The notes beneath the pieces were generated by a model. That model ran no database searches. It was not told the origin of the DNA and was given only the letters and a program-made list of their open reading frames with translations. A stretch of 62,482 nt of DNA, counting the filler, from Globobulimina sp. (taxonomy: Eukaryota): the NCBI GenBank assembly GCA_003354225.1. It is 39 parts of 39 records of this genome, joined end to end, with 100 filler letters (N's around TTAATTAATTAA, not from the genome) between each part and the next. Parts side by side here need not be neighbours in the genome. Positions count along the whole stretch, not along the records: positions 36,920 to 38,423 come from PIVH01015622.1; positions 38,524 to 40,027 come from PIVH01015623.1; positions 40,128 to 41,631 come from PIVH01015624.1; positions 41,732 to 43,235 come from PIVH01015625.1; positions 43,336 to 44,839 come from PIVH01015626.1; positions 44,940 to 46,443 come from PIVH01015627.1; positions 46,544 to 48,047 come from PIVH01015628.1; positions 48,148 to 49,651 come from PIVH01015629.1; 31 more parts are not named here. The stretch is one strand, 5' to 3'. Both the position numbers and the translations under genes were made by a program. This document shows positions 37,663-49,872 of the stretch, piece after piece (position 1 is the stretch's first letter; each line of letters opens with the position of its first letter).

Positions 37663-38079
37663 AACGCGATAAATATCGATTTTAAATTATAAAAACAATT
37701 GGAAATGGATTGGATTTAAAAGGATGTATTGAATGAGAATGATATTATGGAGAAATTTATTATTAAGCAAGAGGAAGAGGATAAGGATGGTAGCTTATAT
37801 GGCTCAGTAGAGCTGTTACGGATGGTATTGCGTATAAAAAACGTATAAAAAATTGTTTTGTTTGGATTTGTGTTTTTAGTGATCTGACAATTAACTGTCA
37901 GATCTTAACTGACTCTCCTTGCACACAAAGATATTCTTTTTATATTATATATTTTCTAAAATCGATATTTATCGCGTTGGCGAGTTGTTAGATAGATGTC
38001 TTTTTTTTATGTGATAAAAAGAATTACTGTTGGTGTGCAAGGATAGTCAGTTAAGATCTGACAGTTAATTGTCAGATCA
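37663..38079. repeat. Interleaved inverted repeats (22 bp and 47 bp)
   Basis: 37663-37684/37957-37978 perfect; 37880-37926/38033-38079 one mismatch. Confidence 0.9.
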
Positions 38080-38523
38080 ACAAAATACAAACAAAACAAA
38101 ATTAAAATTAAAATATGTTTGTGATACATATCACAACCATCCAAATCTATCTTTTCTTTATTTTCTCCTTCCAATCCCCCATCGCATCAAATTAAATTTA
38201 TATAATCCATTTAATCCAATTCAATTCACTCCAATAAGTCCAATTTAATTTTATTTATTTTCCACATTTTCTTATTCAAATTTTTATTTATTATTTATTA
38301 TTTTTTATTTTTTATTTGTTTCCATCATCAACTTCATATAAATTTTATGATGATGACCTAGTACATCATGATCATCATCATCAGATTCATCCAACTCAAA
38401 TTATATCCTTTCTTTGCGTGTATNNNNNNNNNNNNNNNNNNNNNNNNNNNNNNNNNNNNNNNNNNNNTTAATTAATTAANNNNNNNNNNNNNNNNNNNNN
38501 NNNNNNNNNNNNNNNNNNNNNNN

Positions 38524-38654
38524 TTTTTCAGAAACATTTTCAGAAATGAAATCCGAGAAACGTTTTTCAGAAACATTTTCAGAAATGAAATCCGAGAAAC
38601 GTTTTTCAGAAATATTTTCAGAAACGTTTTTAGAACAATTTACCAACATTCCCT
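38524..38654. repeat. ttttcagaaa subrepeat array ending in a putative transposon terminus
   Basis: 39-bp unit repeated; ends atttaccaacattccct, also at 59977-59993. Confidence 0.75.
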
Positions 38655-39686
38655 AAAATAGAAACGCAAAACAAACAAAAAACATAAAACATTATATAAA
38701 ACAAAAAAAAATGTAAAGATTCATGGGACAATAAAAAAAATGTGATGATTGGGATTTGGACCCAAATTATTGACACTTTAACTGACTTTGTTTGTTGATA
38801 CAGTAGTGTTCCCGATAAGATATACGTATATTAGTACTCATATATATATATTCATATGGTGGACCTGTCAAGGAATCATATATGCTCATATATATAAATA
38901 CTAAAAACGCATTGCTAGTAACTTAAAAGTAGATGCTCAAAATATGCTGTTTTTCACAACTGTGCACTTCAAGAAAACTTGCAATATCTAAAAAAGAGAG
39001 TTTATGGATTGTACCGGGATGTTTATATATCTAAAATACATATCTGTCCATTTAAAATACATATCTTTTTTTTCAAGAAGGAAGTATTATAGTAAGTTTT
39101 TTTTTGAATCAACCTTAAAGTAAGTTTTTTGTATTTGGCATTTGACGACCATGACAGCTTTTCAATCACGCGCAAACGCAGAATCAAGATGGTACACCAT
39201 TGGGTTACACCCATAACAATCTAAATTGTGCGATGGAAATATGCATACATGCAATGGTGGAGCATATGCAAAAAAGAACGTGCGAGTTTATAGAAAGTAT
39301 GATAGATAGGAATTTGATTTTTTCACTTTTAGCGATTATTTGCGATATTGTTTTGTTATTTGGATATCAATAAGATTCACCGAGTCAATTCAAGGGATTC
39401 AGTGTTCATCACTGGATATCATATTATTCCTTATTACACACATAAATACTTAGATTTTTTATCTTTGCAAATACAAGAATACCTTAATTGTGAATGCTGA
39501 ATAACAAAACAAGAATGTGAATGATTAACACTGGAATGACTTCTTTTGTGACTGCGACTGTGCCTTCTAAGAACTGGCACGTTAAGCATTCAAACAAAAA
39601 ACTTACTTCAAGCTTGATTCAACTTTATATATCTGTACATTTAAAATACATATCGGTACATCAATAATATTCAATACATATCGGTA

Positions 39687-39801
39687 CAGTGATGTTCCCG
39701 ATAAGAACTACACATATGATCCACATAATATATTTAATAAATGGTGGACCTGTCATGATGTCAAGGTATCATATGTGTAGTTCTTATCGGAAACAACACT
39801 G
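39687..39801. mobile_element. 115-bp Tc1/mariner-type MITE
   Basis: TA|CAGTG...CACTG|TA with ~34-bp TIRs (2 mismatches); related left end at 38801. Confidence 0.88.
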
Positions 39802-40127
39802 TACATCTGACATACATATCGCTACATCTAAAATACTGTACAGATATGTATTTTAAATATTTTAAATGTACCGACATATACAGCTCCGCAAAATGCTTTT
39901 TCAAGTTGGTCAGGCAATTTCTTTTACTGATTCTGTTCCTTGTCATTTTGCCGTTGGTAGCACAGTTGCTTTTGCGTTGGTGAGGATAACACTGTGTTGG
40001 ACCGTGGTGGTTCAACTGTACCAAATANNNNNNNNNNNNNNNNNNNNNNNNNNNNNNNNNNNNNNNNNNNNTTAATTAATTAANNNNNNNNNNNNNNNNN
40101 NNNNNNNNNNNNNNNNNNNNNNNNNNN

Positions 40128-40418
40128 GAAAAAGGATAAGGGAAATGATAAAAAACAAAAGAAAAAACGAAATTAAAATGACATTTACTATATGATTTTT
40201 TAAAACTATGATTTTGATTCTTTTAATTTATGCAGTTTAATATTATATATGATTTGTAATAATAATAAAAGATGGAATGCCATGCCAGAACAGGATCGAA
40301 TAAAATTACTAAATAAACCTGGAAAATGGAAGAAAAAGGATAAGGGAAATGATAAAAAACAAAAGAAAAAACGAAATTAAAATGACATTTACTATATGAT
40401 TTTTTAAAACTATGATTT
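40128..40418. repeat. ~87-bp exact direct duplication at contig start
   Basis: gaaaaaggataaggg...aactatgatttt at 40128 and ~40332. Confidence 0.9.
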
Positions 40419-40799
40419 TAAAACTATGAATTCCATTTTTTTGAAACTTTTTAAAAGTCCCAGCTTTTTCCCAATCAGACCAAGTGATTCTGCTATAGGT
40501 TGTGTTACAATTTACACAATCAAGCCCAACGTACGAATCTTTATTTCCCATGATTATTTTTTACGATTTTCAGTTTAAGTTATACGATGACAAAACATTT
40601 CGATTGTTTGTGGATGCCATTTATGAGGGAATTGATGGAGCGACATTTATATAAACATCAAATCGATCAAATCGATCAATATAAAGGTGTTTTTGATTAT
40701 ATTTGTGTAGCTGCAATGTATTGATATTTACATTACGATAAACCGCAAATAATCGCCGCAAATAATAACAGGTTAAAGTGATAAATAAAAATCAACAAA

Positions 40800-41591
40800 A
40801 TGTTGTGTGTATTGGCATTATCTCTATTATTGCATCTGATAAATGGTACATTTGGACATAAAGATAACAATACACTCCATAAAGATGACCGTACAAATCA
40901 ACAATTAGATATTTTACAAGAATTTATCAATGGGGCACCTGACAAAGTAACATTAAACATTTTGAACAGTATTATGTGCACTATTTACCCCAATTATATG
41001 GAAAATGACAAATTGAATATCTCAAATATTGTTGATGTGCTGTTATGGAATGACAGAATAAAAAATGGTGCAAAATTGATCCCTCAAATAACATTATTAT
41101 TGATTAAAAATACAAACTACATCCATGCTTATACGTTTACCAATATTTGCATGGATGTTCTGGTTGCAAATAACACATTACTCTCTGAGTGTGATTTGCA
41201 ACATTTTTATTATCTCAGATTGCTGAGTATACACCAAATAGCACACACGTTTCGTCGTCGTATGGCAACGTATCATCGCCAATCTCAGCATACCCTAAAA
41301 ATGGCACAATCAATGTTTGATTATAATTCAAGCAGTATGCGAATAATAAGTGATTTGTATTTGAAAACATGTGCTTTGTTCTACTGTTCCAAACAGCCGC
41401 AGAGCAAATTGGATATCCTAACGAATGAATGTGATACTGAGTTCAAAATGGCATTGGATAGAGGCTGTTATAATTTTTATGATCCGCATGATAACAATAA
41501 AATAAATTTTGAGGCATTGGATTTGCATCAAATTGTATATTTATCCCCCTGGAAAATATTACGAAGTTATTTTCTCTCTGGGGTTTTGTAA
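40800..41591 (+). CDS. Hypothetical secreted protein
   Basis: Signal-peptide-like start; 263-aa ORF. Confidence 0.6.
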   Translation: MLCVLALSLLLHLINGTFGHKDNNTLHKDDRTNQQLDILQEFINGAPDKVTLNILNSIMCTIYPNYMENDKLNISNIVDVLLWNDRIKNGAKLIPQITLLLIKNTNYIHAYTFTNICMDVLVANNTLLSECDLQHFYYLRLLSIHQIAHTFRRRMATYHRQSQHTLKMAQSMFDYNSSSMRIISDLYLKTCALFYCSKQPQSKLDILTNECDTEFKMALDRGCYNFYDPHDNNKINFEALDLHQIVYLSPWKILRSYFLSGVL

Positions 41592-41854
41592 GAGTTATTG
41601 TAGAGCTAGCTGCTTTTATTGGAAGGGAAGGNNNNNNNNNNNNNNNNNNNNNNNNNNNNNNNNNNNNNNNNNNNNTTAATTAATTAANNNNNNNNNNNNN
41701 NNNNNNNNNNNNNNNNNNNNNNNNNNNNNNNGTGCATTAATAACTCAACTTAAAAGTAATCCAATTTAATCGAAAAGCCTCAAAAGGTATGTTTGAATGT
41801 TTGAATGTAAATTAATGAAACTAAAATAAATAGAAATAATTTAATTCATCAAAA

Positions 41855-43030
41855 ATGAATTCCAATGAAGATGAATTTCCAGAATTGCATGCTAGTACAT
41901 CGCAACAAACTACACAATATGACAGTAGTTTAGAACAAATGGAACAAGGCCAAGGGAAAGGTGGATTAAGAGCAAAGGTCCAAGGAACGAGGCCAAGGCC
42001 AAGAGCAAAGGTCCAAATGGAACAAACACATTTAGGTCTAAATGTGGTTGGATTAAGAGCAAATTTGGTTTCATTCCAAAAATGGATAAAGATGGCATGC
42101 GCATTTCTTGTTTTTTTAATACTTTTCATTACAATAACAACATTAGTGAGTGGATCAGGTGGCTCATCAAACAACAACAATGACATAACTCCAACATCAA
42201 AAGCAGAAGAAACTAAATCATTATCACCTGCTGCTGCTGCTGGAGGATTAACAGATCCACCTCTTTTCAGAGGCTCATTATCGCCACATTCTGATTCTGT
42301 TGATTCATCATTATCACCTCTTGCAGGAGGATCAATGACACCACAACGACTATTGACTACATCTCCATCACATATTGCATCTGATGTTCCACAATCACCA
42401 AAACCTGCTGCCGTAGACTCCACAGATTCGCCACAACAACAATCAACTGAATTGCCTTCTGATTTACCATCTGATTTACCGACAATTGAAACTGTATTAC
42501 CATCTGATTCAACTGTATTGCCATCTGACTCAACTGTATCACCGTCAAAAAGAACAGAATCGCCATCGGAACAACCATTAACAGCGCGTCCTTCTGATAA
42601 TCCAACATCTCCGTCCAATACACCTACATTGCAATTAAATTATGAAATGATACAATCTAAATTAGATAAATCATGTCTGGATATGAACATTGGTGATCAA
42701 CAAACTGTTTATTTAAACCTCGAGTGCAGTGGTGCTGATAATCAAAAGTGGTATTACCATCCTGAAACGCAACAAATAAGGAATGTTTATAACAACCTTT
42801 GTTTGAGTATTTTTCGTTGGCGCGATCAATTATCCGTTGGAGTTTCAACATGTCAGAATTTTTTTAATTGGGACATTAGTGCTTATCAGCAATGGAAACT
42901 ATCAGATGATGTAATCAAAAGTGCTGCTCATGATCATGGCATATACGATAATGAGCTGTGTTTGCAAAATCATGGGGGATTGCAAGTAGGTGATTGCCAA
43001 TATGGTGCAAGTATACAATGGAAGATTTAA
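41855..43030 (+). CDS. Type II membrane protein with S/T/P stalk and ricin-B (QxW) lectin domain
   Basis: TM helix, PSD repeats, CLD...C...NQKW, QQW, QW. Confidence 0.88.
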   Translation: MNSNEDEFPELHASTSQQTTQYDSSLEQMEQGQGKGGLRAKVQGTRPRPRAKVQMEQTHLGLNVVGLRANLVSFQKWIKMACAFLVFLILFITITTLVSGSGGSSNNNNDITPTSKAEETKSLSPAAAAGGLTDPPLFRGSLSPHSDSVDSSLSPLAGGSMTPQRLLTTSPSHIASDVPQSPKPAAVDSTDSPQQQSTELPSDLPSDLPTIETVLPSDSTVLPSDSTVSPSKRTESPSEQPLTARPSDNPTSPSNTPTLQLNYEMIQSKLDKSCLDMNIGDQQTVYLNLECSGADNQKWYYHPETQQIRNVYNNLCLSIFRWRDQLSVGVSTCQNFFNWDISAYQQWKLSDDVIKSAAHDHGIYDNELCLQNHGGLQVGDCQYGASIQWKI

Positions 43031-43335
43031 TGTATTAAATTAAAGTAAAATGATTGGACAATGTCTCACAAACGCAATCATATTATATATACTTCTTTCT
43101 TTTTTTGCTTTTGTTGATTATTATTTAAAAGCATAATAAATACAGGATTTTTTCGGCAATTCTTTGTCTGTATTGCGTGTTTTTGAATTGCTAAAAAAAA
43201 AAAATAAACCTAGGAGGGGGCAAGCCCCTAAAACCNNNNNNNNNNNNNNNNNNNNNNNNNNNNNNNNNNNNNNNNNNNNTTAATTAATTAANNNNNNNNN
43301 NNNNNNNNNNNNNNNNNNNNNNNNNNNNNNNNNNN

Positions 43336-43693
43336 AGTTTGGATTGATTTGGATTTATCATTGGTTGAGATGAATTTATCTGATTTATGCCATTTGAATT
43401 TGACTCAGATCTATCTTGATTATTACATTGAAAACGATGATGAAACTAAAAATATGATTAATATTCCAAATCAATGCATATTTCAAGATAAAAACAATTT
43501 GTATTCTTTTGAAATTGCTGGAAATGGGTTTAAAGGATCAATTAATAATTCCTTATGTTTACAAAATGAAACGCTTCAAAGTATTGGTATTATTGACACA
43601 AAATATGTCCATATTGATATCCCAAAATGTTTATCATCATTTCATGAATTACAATCTATTCAAATTACAAACAATGACAAATTATCCCCTTGA
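43336..43693 (+). CDS. LRR protein fragment
   Basis: GNGFKGSI, IPKCLSSFHELQSIQITNN. Confidence 0.6.
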
Positions 43694-43994
43694 GAAGATA
43701 TACGAAGTATATTCTCAAGGGTTTATAGAGAAGATCAATCATTTTTAATTATCTAATTAAAATTTTAACTTTTACCTTTAGGTATCCGAAAAATTATCTA
43801 AGTAGGTTTCCGACATTTAGACGACGGATAGATTTTTTCCTGTTTTTAGCCAATAACTCTTGTTCTATTGTGTTTTGAGAGCTATAATTTGGTATTTAAG
43901 AGTGTAACTCAAAGATTCACATACTGTCCAAATTTAAAATTTTTTGGTGAAAAAATTCCTAAAGACATTAGTTCCTAGATATGAGATCCGAGAT

Positions 43995-44700
43995 ATTTTC
44001 ATTTTCATCGATTTTTCTCGTTTTCATCGATTTTCTCATTTTTCATGGATTTTTCTCATTTTCATGGATTATTCTCATTTTTCATGGATTATTTCAAAAA
44101 TTTAAATTTGCTAAAAATATGTTTTTTGAATGTCTCAGTACTAGGAATGTATCGTGGCACTATTTAAAATACTAACCTATTCTCACCTTTTTTTCATGGA
44201 TTATCGTCATTTTTCATTCTCATTTTCATGGATTATTCTCATTTTCTGCATTATTCTCATTTTCATGGAATATTCGATATTTCTGAAACTAACCTATTCG
44301 TCTTCTTCTCAAGGGTTTACGGGTCCCCGACCCACCTACGTTTCCTTCTTTTTCTATTCAAATTTCGTTCCGTTTGGTGGCGTTGTATCACCATAAAATT
44401 CCATTTTTCCTCCATTCCCACTGAGAAAAATGAAAAAATCGATGAAAAATGAGAAAAATGAAAACATCGATGAAAAATGAGAAAAATGAAAAAATCGATG
44501 AAAAATGAGAAAAATTAATGAGAAAAATGAAAAAATCGATGAAAAATCAGAAAAATCCATGAAAATGAGAAAAATCGATGAAAAATGAGAAAAATCGATG
44601 AAAAATGAGAAAAATCCATGAAAATGAGAAAAATCGATGAAAAATGAGAAAAATCCATGAAAATGAGAAAAATCCATGAAAAATGACAAAAATAATTCAT
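43995..44700. repeat. Foldback-like element: two oppositely oriented arrays of 19-20-bp subrepeats
   Basis: ttttcat(c/g)gatttttctca units (43995-44270) versus aaaatc(g/c)atgaaaaatgaga units (44424-44700). Confidence 0.85.
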
Positions 44701-44939
44701 GGTATTGAGAAACTCTTTCTAAACCCAACATGAACTTCTTGTTCCTCTTGGGGATAATGCGTTTATACATTTTATTGCTTCCATGATGAGTGATACTATG
44801 GCCCCATTTAAGTACGGACGCGGTGAGTGATGAAGGGACNNNNNNNNNNNNNNNNNNNNNNNNNNNNNNNNNNNNNNNNNNNNTTAATTAATTAANNNNN
44901 NNNNNNNNNNNNNNNNNNNNNNNNNNNNNNNNNNNNNNN

Positions 44940-46443
44940 TGGATGCCCAGTCCGCATTGCTTTTGTCGCACAGCGATTTTCGCACCGTGCAGGACGGCAT
45001 TATGCAGGCAAAGTGCTGCTTGGAATTAGGCAAAACCTATTTGGAGATCATTATGGAGTATTATGCATTGCCCACATTTGTGTTACGCGACACATTGTGC
45101 TCAGATGGCATCATTAAGTGGTTGGGATTCCAAATATTTAATGATGATGAAACGCCAAATGATGAAGTGATTATACATTGTTTGGATGAGATTAATCTCG
45201 CATTGTATCAATCGCTTAATTTGTGTACACGACAGACCAAAGACGTTGGATTATTGATTGAGTCATATATTGCTTTGGCGGAGTTTGAGTTTTTAAAATC
45301 TGAAACGACAAAAAACATTCATGACAAACCACAAAAACAACCAAATCAAACAAGTAAAAACTTTTGGCAACAATCGAAAATTGCATTTTTTACCACTTAT
45401 AAAGATAGCGATGATTGGATTTTTTTGCGAAGAATTGATAGACATTCACGGTTACAAATATTTAACATATTTAAGCGTATTTTGAGGTTATTGATATGTT
45501 TTGATAGCAAATTTATTGCAGACAATGTTGAAATATTTGTATCGTACATCTCTTTGGAAACATTCATGGTCGCACAAAATGACATTTATGTAGAAGATGA
45601 TAAAAATAGTAAAAAAAAGAAAAAAAATGTTAATAATAATATCCCACAAACGCAATTCAAGAAAAAAAATAATAATAAATCCAAAGACTTTTCGCGATAT
45701 AATTCGGCTGCAATTTATAGAAACAGTTATTCGATAAACAGTGTTGTTGACAATACGGATAAGGATAAAAACAAACATGTGAACAAAGACAATGATGATG
45801 GTGACGAAGACAAGGATGTCATTATAAGAAATGCGACTGTTACCTTACGAATAAGTGATTTGCAGCACGACGGATTGGCGAAGATCCAATTATCAGCAGA
45901 TGCGAGCTTGATACGTCCGTTGTATCCACGTTACAGAGATTTTACCAAAGAGAAAGAAAAAAAGTTATCGGATATTGGCGGCGAGAAATATTTGGATGAA
46001 TTATTTCGAATGCATTGGAAAATGAAAACAGAATCAAACCAGTTTAGTGGGGGTGGTGTCGGTAAGAATAACTATGACAATGACCGGTCGTTAGTGTCCA
46101 TTACAAAATGTATATCGTCGTTGCAAGTAAAAGACGAAGAATTGGATATGAATCGCACATTAAATCGAAAATATAGATCGTGGAAAGCAAATGAAACCTT
46201 TATAATCTCCTTAGATAGCATTGTATTCCTATTCCATCCCCATACATTATTTAAATATGCGATAAATAAAAAAAGAAATCAGTTACCAAATTATAATCAA
46301 TTGAAATTATTTACGTCCATATTGACAAATATTGCATTCCATGACACGGATTTCTTGCCGTTGGAAGACAATCCGTGGATTAATAAGCAACACTCCGTAT
46401 CGATAGAGAAGAAAGAAGATTATATCCATAACAAAGAAGAACA
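44940..46443 (+). CDS. Large hypothetical eukaryotic protein, internal fragment
   Basis: Contig fully open in one frame; helical N-terminal part, N/K/D-rich linkers. Confidence 0.7.
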
Positions 46444-47273
46444 NNNNNNNNNNNNNNNNNNNNNNNNNNNNNNNNNNNNNNNNNNNNTTAATTAATTAAN
46501 NNNNNNNNNNNNNNNNNNNNNNNNNNNNNNNNNNNNNNNNNNNTGTAAACTTCAGGCAAGGATGCAAATGTCACATAATTTTCAGCTCCGGAAAATCGGC
46601 TGACATTGATTAGTAGATTACCCTTCAAATAGAGGGTATACCATCTGATGATGACAATGATAGTTTTGTCGAAATATTATGGAATAAAATTTGTTTGACC
46701 TGTTGCCTGAAGCCATTTTAAAAAGCTGTTTTATTGATTAGTAGCAATAGCCACCCAAACTCGGCACATAATGCAAATTTCCAAAAAAGTGAATTTTGTG
46801 CTTATTTCGTGCTATTGTAATCTTTAACGAATCAGTCGTGTGCTTTCAATCTTTTGTCTGAAATACTCGTTAACCCAAGCTGTCGACTGGTTTTTTAATG
46901 ATCTTCCTAGCTGCCTTGGTTAACTAGTTATGGGGATTTTAAAAATATTACTAATTTGTCTAATTTTTGACGAAATTGGCCAAAAACTTCCCGACGTCAC
47001 TGTGCGCCAACGAAAGGTAGTTGAGCAAAATCCTTTCTGACTTAAAGTACATTTATTATGTTTGTCAAGATAAGGTAGGAATGGCTAGAAACTGGAAACC
47101 ACCATGTTTCATATTTTTTCAATTTTCTCAAAATAAGGCTTACAGTTAGTGGATTTTCAGTTATGCGATTTTACTTTATTTTCATAATGCAATATTTTTA
47201 TAATGCAATATTCGATTGAATGTACCTAAATGTACATTGAATGTCGGAAAATTTACATAAAATCGATATTTCA

Positions 47274-47912
47274 ATATCGATTATCGATTAATTTTGTGAT
47301 CGAACACAAAAACAGATTCCGGCATTGGAACCGCCCACCTCGAAAACCTTAGTCAACGATGTGAATAGAAAATTATAAGAATTTTTTTTTTGACCAAAAT
47401 AAATTTTCAAAATTGATGACCATTAACCTTGACCGTTGGCTACAAATTAACCTTTTTGCTTGTAAATCGGTCAATTTTCAAAATAAACTGCTGAAATTTG
47501 GAATATAGGGTAAGGAGATATGCTCTTTTCCATGCATTATACAAAAATTTGAAAAACTACAGTAACCCCTGGTCCCAGCACGAAAAGTTAGTTTTTGGTC
47601 AATTTGCCCAAAATGGATTTTGCGATCATTTTTTCTCAGAACGGATTCGAAATTTGGAATATAGGCCCTTATATTAGTCTAAAAGCATGTTTGCAAATTT
47701 AGTTTTCTAAAAAATAATGCTTGAAATTAAGATTTTACAAATTTTTGTTTGAACCTATGATTTTTTGCCAGTTACAAATGATGGCAAATCATTATGACAT
47801 TTTCGCGCATTTTTGATTAAAAATGTGATCTGTCATCCATAGTAGTATTGGGAAAGCCAATGTCACTATTTAATTCAGATATCTGATCAATCTATTAATC
47901 GATAATCGATAT
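47274..47912. repeat. 19-bp perfect inverted repeat in non-coding, transposon-like contig
   Basis: atatcgattatcgattaat / attaatcgataatcgatat. Confidence 0.75.
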
Positions 47913-48265
47913 GGGTTACGGAAAATAACAGAAAGAAACAGCCGAAAAACGAAATTTGTAAAAAAAGACACTCCCGTTGGATACTTTAGCCCGCTTAAAA
48001 CAGTGGTAGTAACCGTTTTCCGATGTGTTTTCAATTTCACCGAGTTTNNNNNNNNNNNNNNNNNNNNNNNNNNNNNNNNNNNNNNNNNNNNTTAATTAAT
48101 TAANNNNNNNNNNNNNNNNNNNNNNNNNNNNNNNNNNNNNNNNNNNNTTAGATGCTAGAGTTGAAGAAGCTAAGAATGCTGATTTGAAAATAGTTTTTAA
48201 ATTAATTACTAGTTTAAAACAATCTCCGCAGTGGTTGAAAGATACTCCTGGAATTCAGGAGGTGA

Positions 48266-48586
48266 CTATTGTTGACACTTTGAAACATCATCGCGAGCGT
48301 CACACATCAATTCAGTATCATTTTGTTTGGGAGTTGGTTTAAAATATTGATTGAATTGAGGGGCGCAACTATTACATAAATCAAAACCATCGAAATGAGT
48401 TTCATTAATCTCTTTGTCACAATGCCACATAATATCCAATGTATTACTGGTAAAGTGGCATTCATCACAGCTTGCACCTCGGTCGCCATACAATTTTGTC
48501 GGTTCATTTATCATTGTGAGTCTTTCACCGCAGATGCATGTATATTGGTTGTTTGTAGGTTTAGAGGCCATGCTGTATCTTTGCAA
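48266..48586 (-). CDS. Cys/His-rich zinc-binding (ZZ-like) domain fragment
   Basis: CICG...CDEC...WHC...H...FDLCNSC. Confidence 0.7.
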   Translation of the reverse strand: MQRYSMASKPTNNQYTCICGERLTMINEPTKLYGDRGASCDECHFTSNTLDIMWHCDKEINETHFDGFDLCNSCAPQFNQYFKPTPKQNDTELMCDARDDVSKCQQ

Positions 48587-48679
48587 TGTCCGAAAACTAT
48601 TGAAACATAGGATGACATTTTCAAAACCTCATGTGTTTGTAAACAGAAAATAAATTTATATTGACACAAAAGCAAAACA

Positions 48680-49525
48680 TCAACAATACCACGGCCTTTT
48701 TTGTTGAATAATAGTAAGTGACAAAGGGTTGCTTCGACTAATAAATGAAACGCCAATCTTTATGGGTGGTTTTATTTTGTCGATTCTTACCTCCTCTTCA
48801 ATGACAGCAATAGCATCTCTTTCGTACAATAAATTGATATAAACACTCTTTCCTCCGTCTCCGATAACAATCTGAAAACTGCACTCCTCATTATCTCGCA
48901 AACCATATTTAAATCTTTTATGCGTTTTTAAGACATAAATGGACGATCTTGCAGCACTTGCACAATACCAAGAATATGAATTATTTTCTGCGCCAATACC
49001 TCGATCAAAATGCTGCATATCATATTTTTGTGTGGCAACACCAATTGCAATTTCATCTGAAGCTCCACGTAATGTCCCATTGAATTTAAATTTAAAATAA
49101 TATTTTCCATCATCTTTTAACCAGTTATCAATGAATATTGTCGAATAAATAAACTTTGGATAATTAAATGTTTGTGAAGATACACTTATAATGTAGTCAG
49201 TGAATTAAATAATAAGTGTTTCTATAATATATAGCCTATTAATTAATATATGCCATCATATTGGATAAATTATATTATTTAATTCACTGATTAGTTACTT
49301 AGTAAGTAGTACTAAGTACCTTAAACCATCAGATGTTACAATTAATTGACTATCGCATGTTGTTGTTGTATCCCATTTTGATGCTTGTTGCAAATAATCA
49401 TAAAATAAAACAATTATATCAATTGGTATTATTTTATCGACATATTGCATAATATTTCGAATATATCCATCTACCAAACATTGTATTTTAATATCAATAT
49501 TTTCTTGCTGCAGTCTGTTATCCAT
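48680..49525 (-). pseudogene. SPRY/B30.2-like protist family gene interrupted by a hairpin element
   Basis: LVDGYIR...IIP.DI start; YYFKFKF...IAIGV continuation; insert at ~49194-49293. Confidence 0.55.
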
Positions 49526-49872
49526 AGATGACTAGCTCGATCACTTCAAAAAATCTTAAAATCAGGGTTCTCGCGCAATACCTAAATGACAACTGTAAAC
49601 ACGATAATCGGTGTCGCATTAGCGTTGACAGGAAATGTAATCCAATCGTTTNNNNNNNNNNNNNNNNNNNNNNNNNNNNNNNNNNNNNNNNNNNNTTAAT
49701 TAATTAANNNNNNNNNNNNNNNNNNNNNNNNNNNNNNNNNNNNNNNNNNNNAAATCCAAGTAATAAACAGAAACGTTGCCATCCTCAACTCAACTGGAAG
49801 TTTAACAGTAGAGTTTAACTGATCTGACGATCTCTAAATAAATAAAGGGAAGCCAAAAAAAACAAATAAAAA

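Noticed and set aside
38524-38630. CRISPR array
   Set aside because: Tandem units without unique spacers; no cas genes
40128-40418. Direct repeat as LTR or att site
   Set aside because: Exact duplicate starting at the contig edge with no element features; likely artefact
44154-44770. F/S/H-rich ORFs
   Set aside because: Translations of the minisatellite arrays
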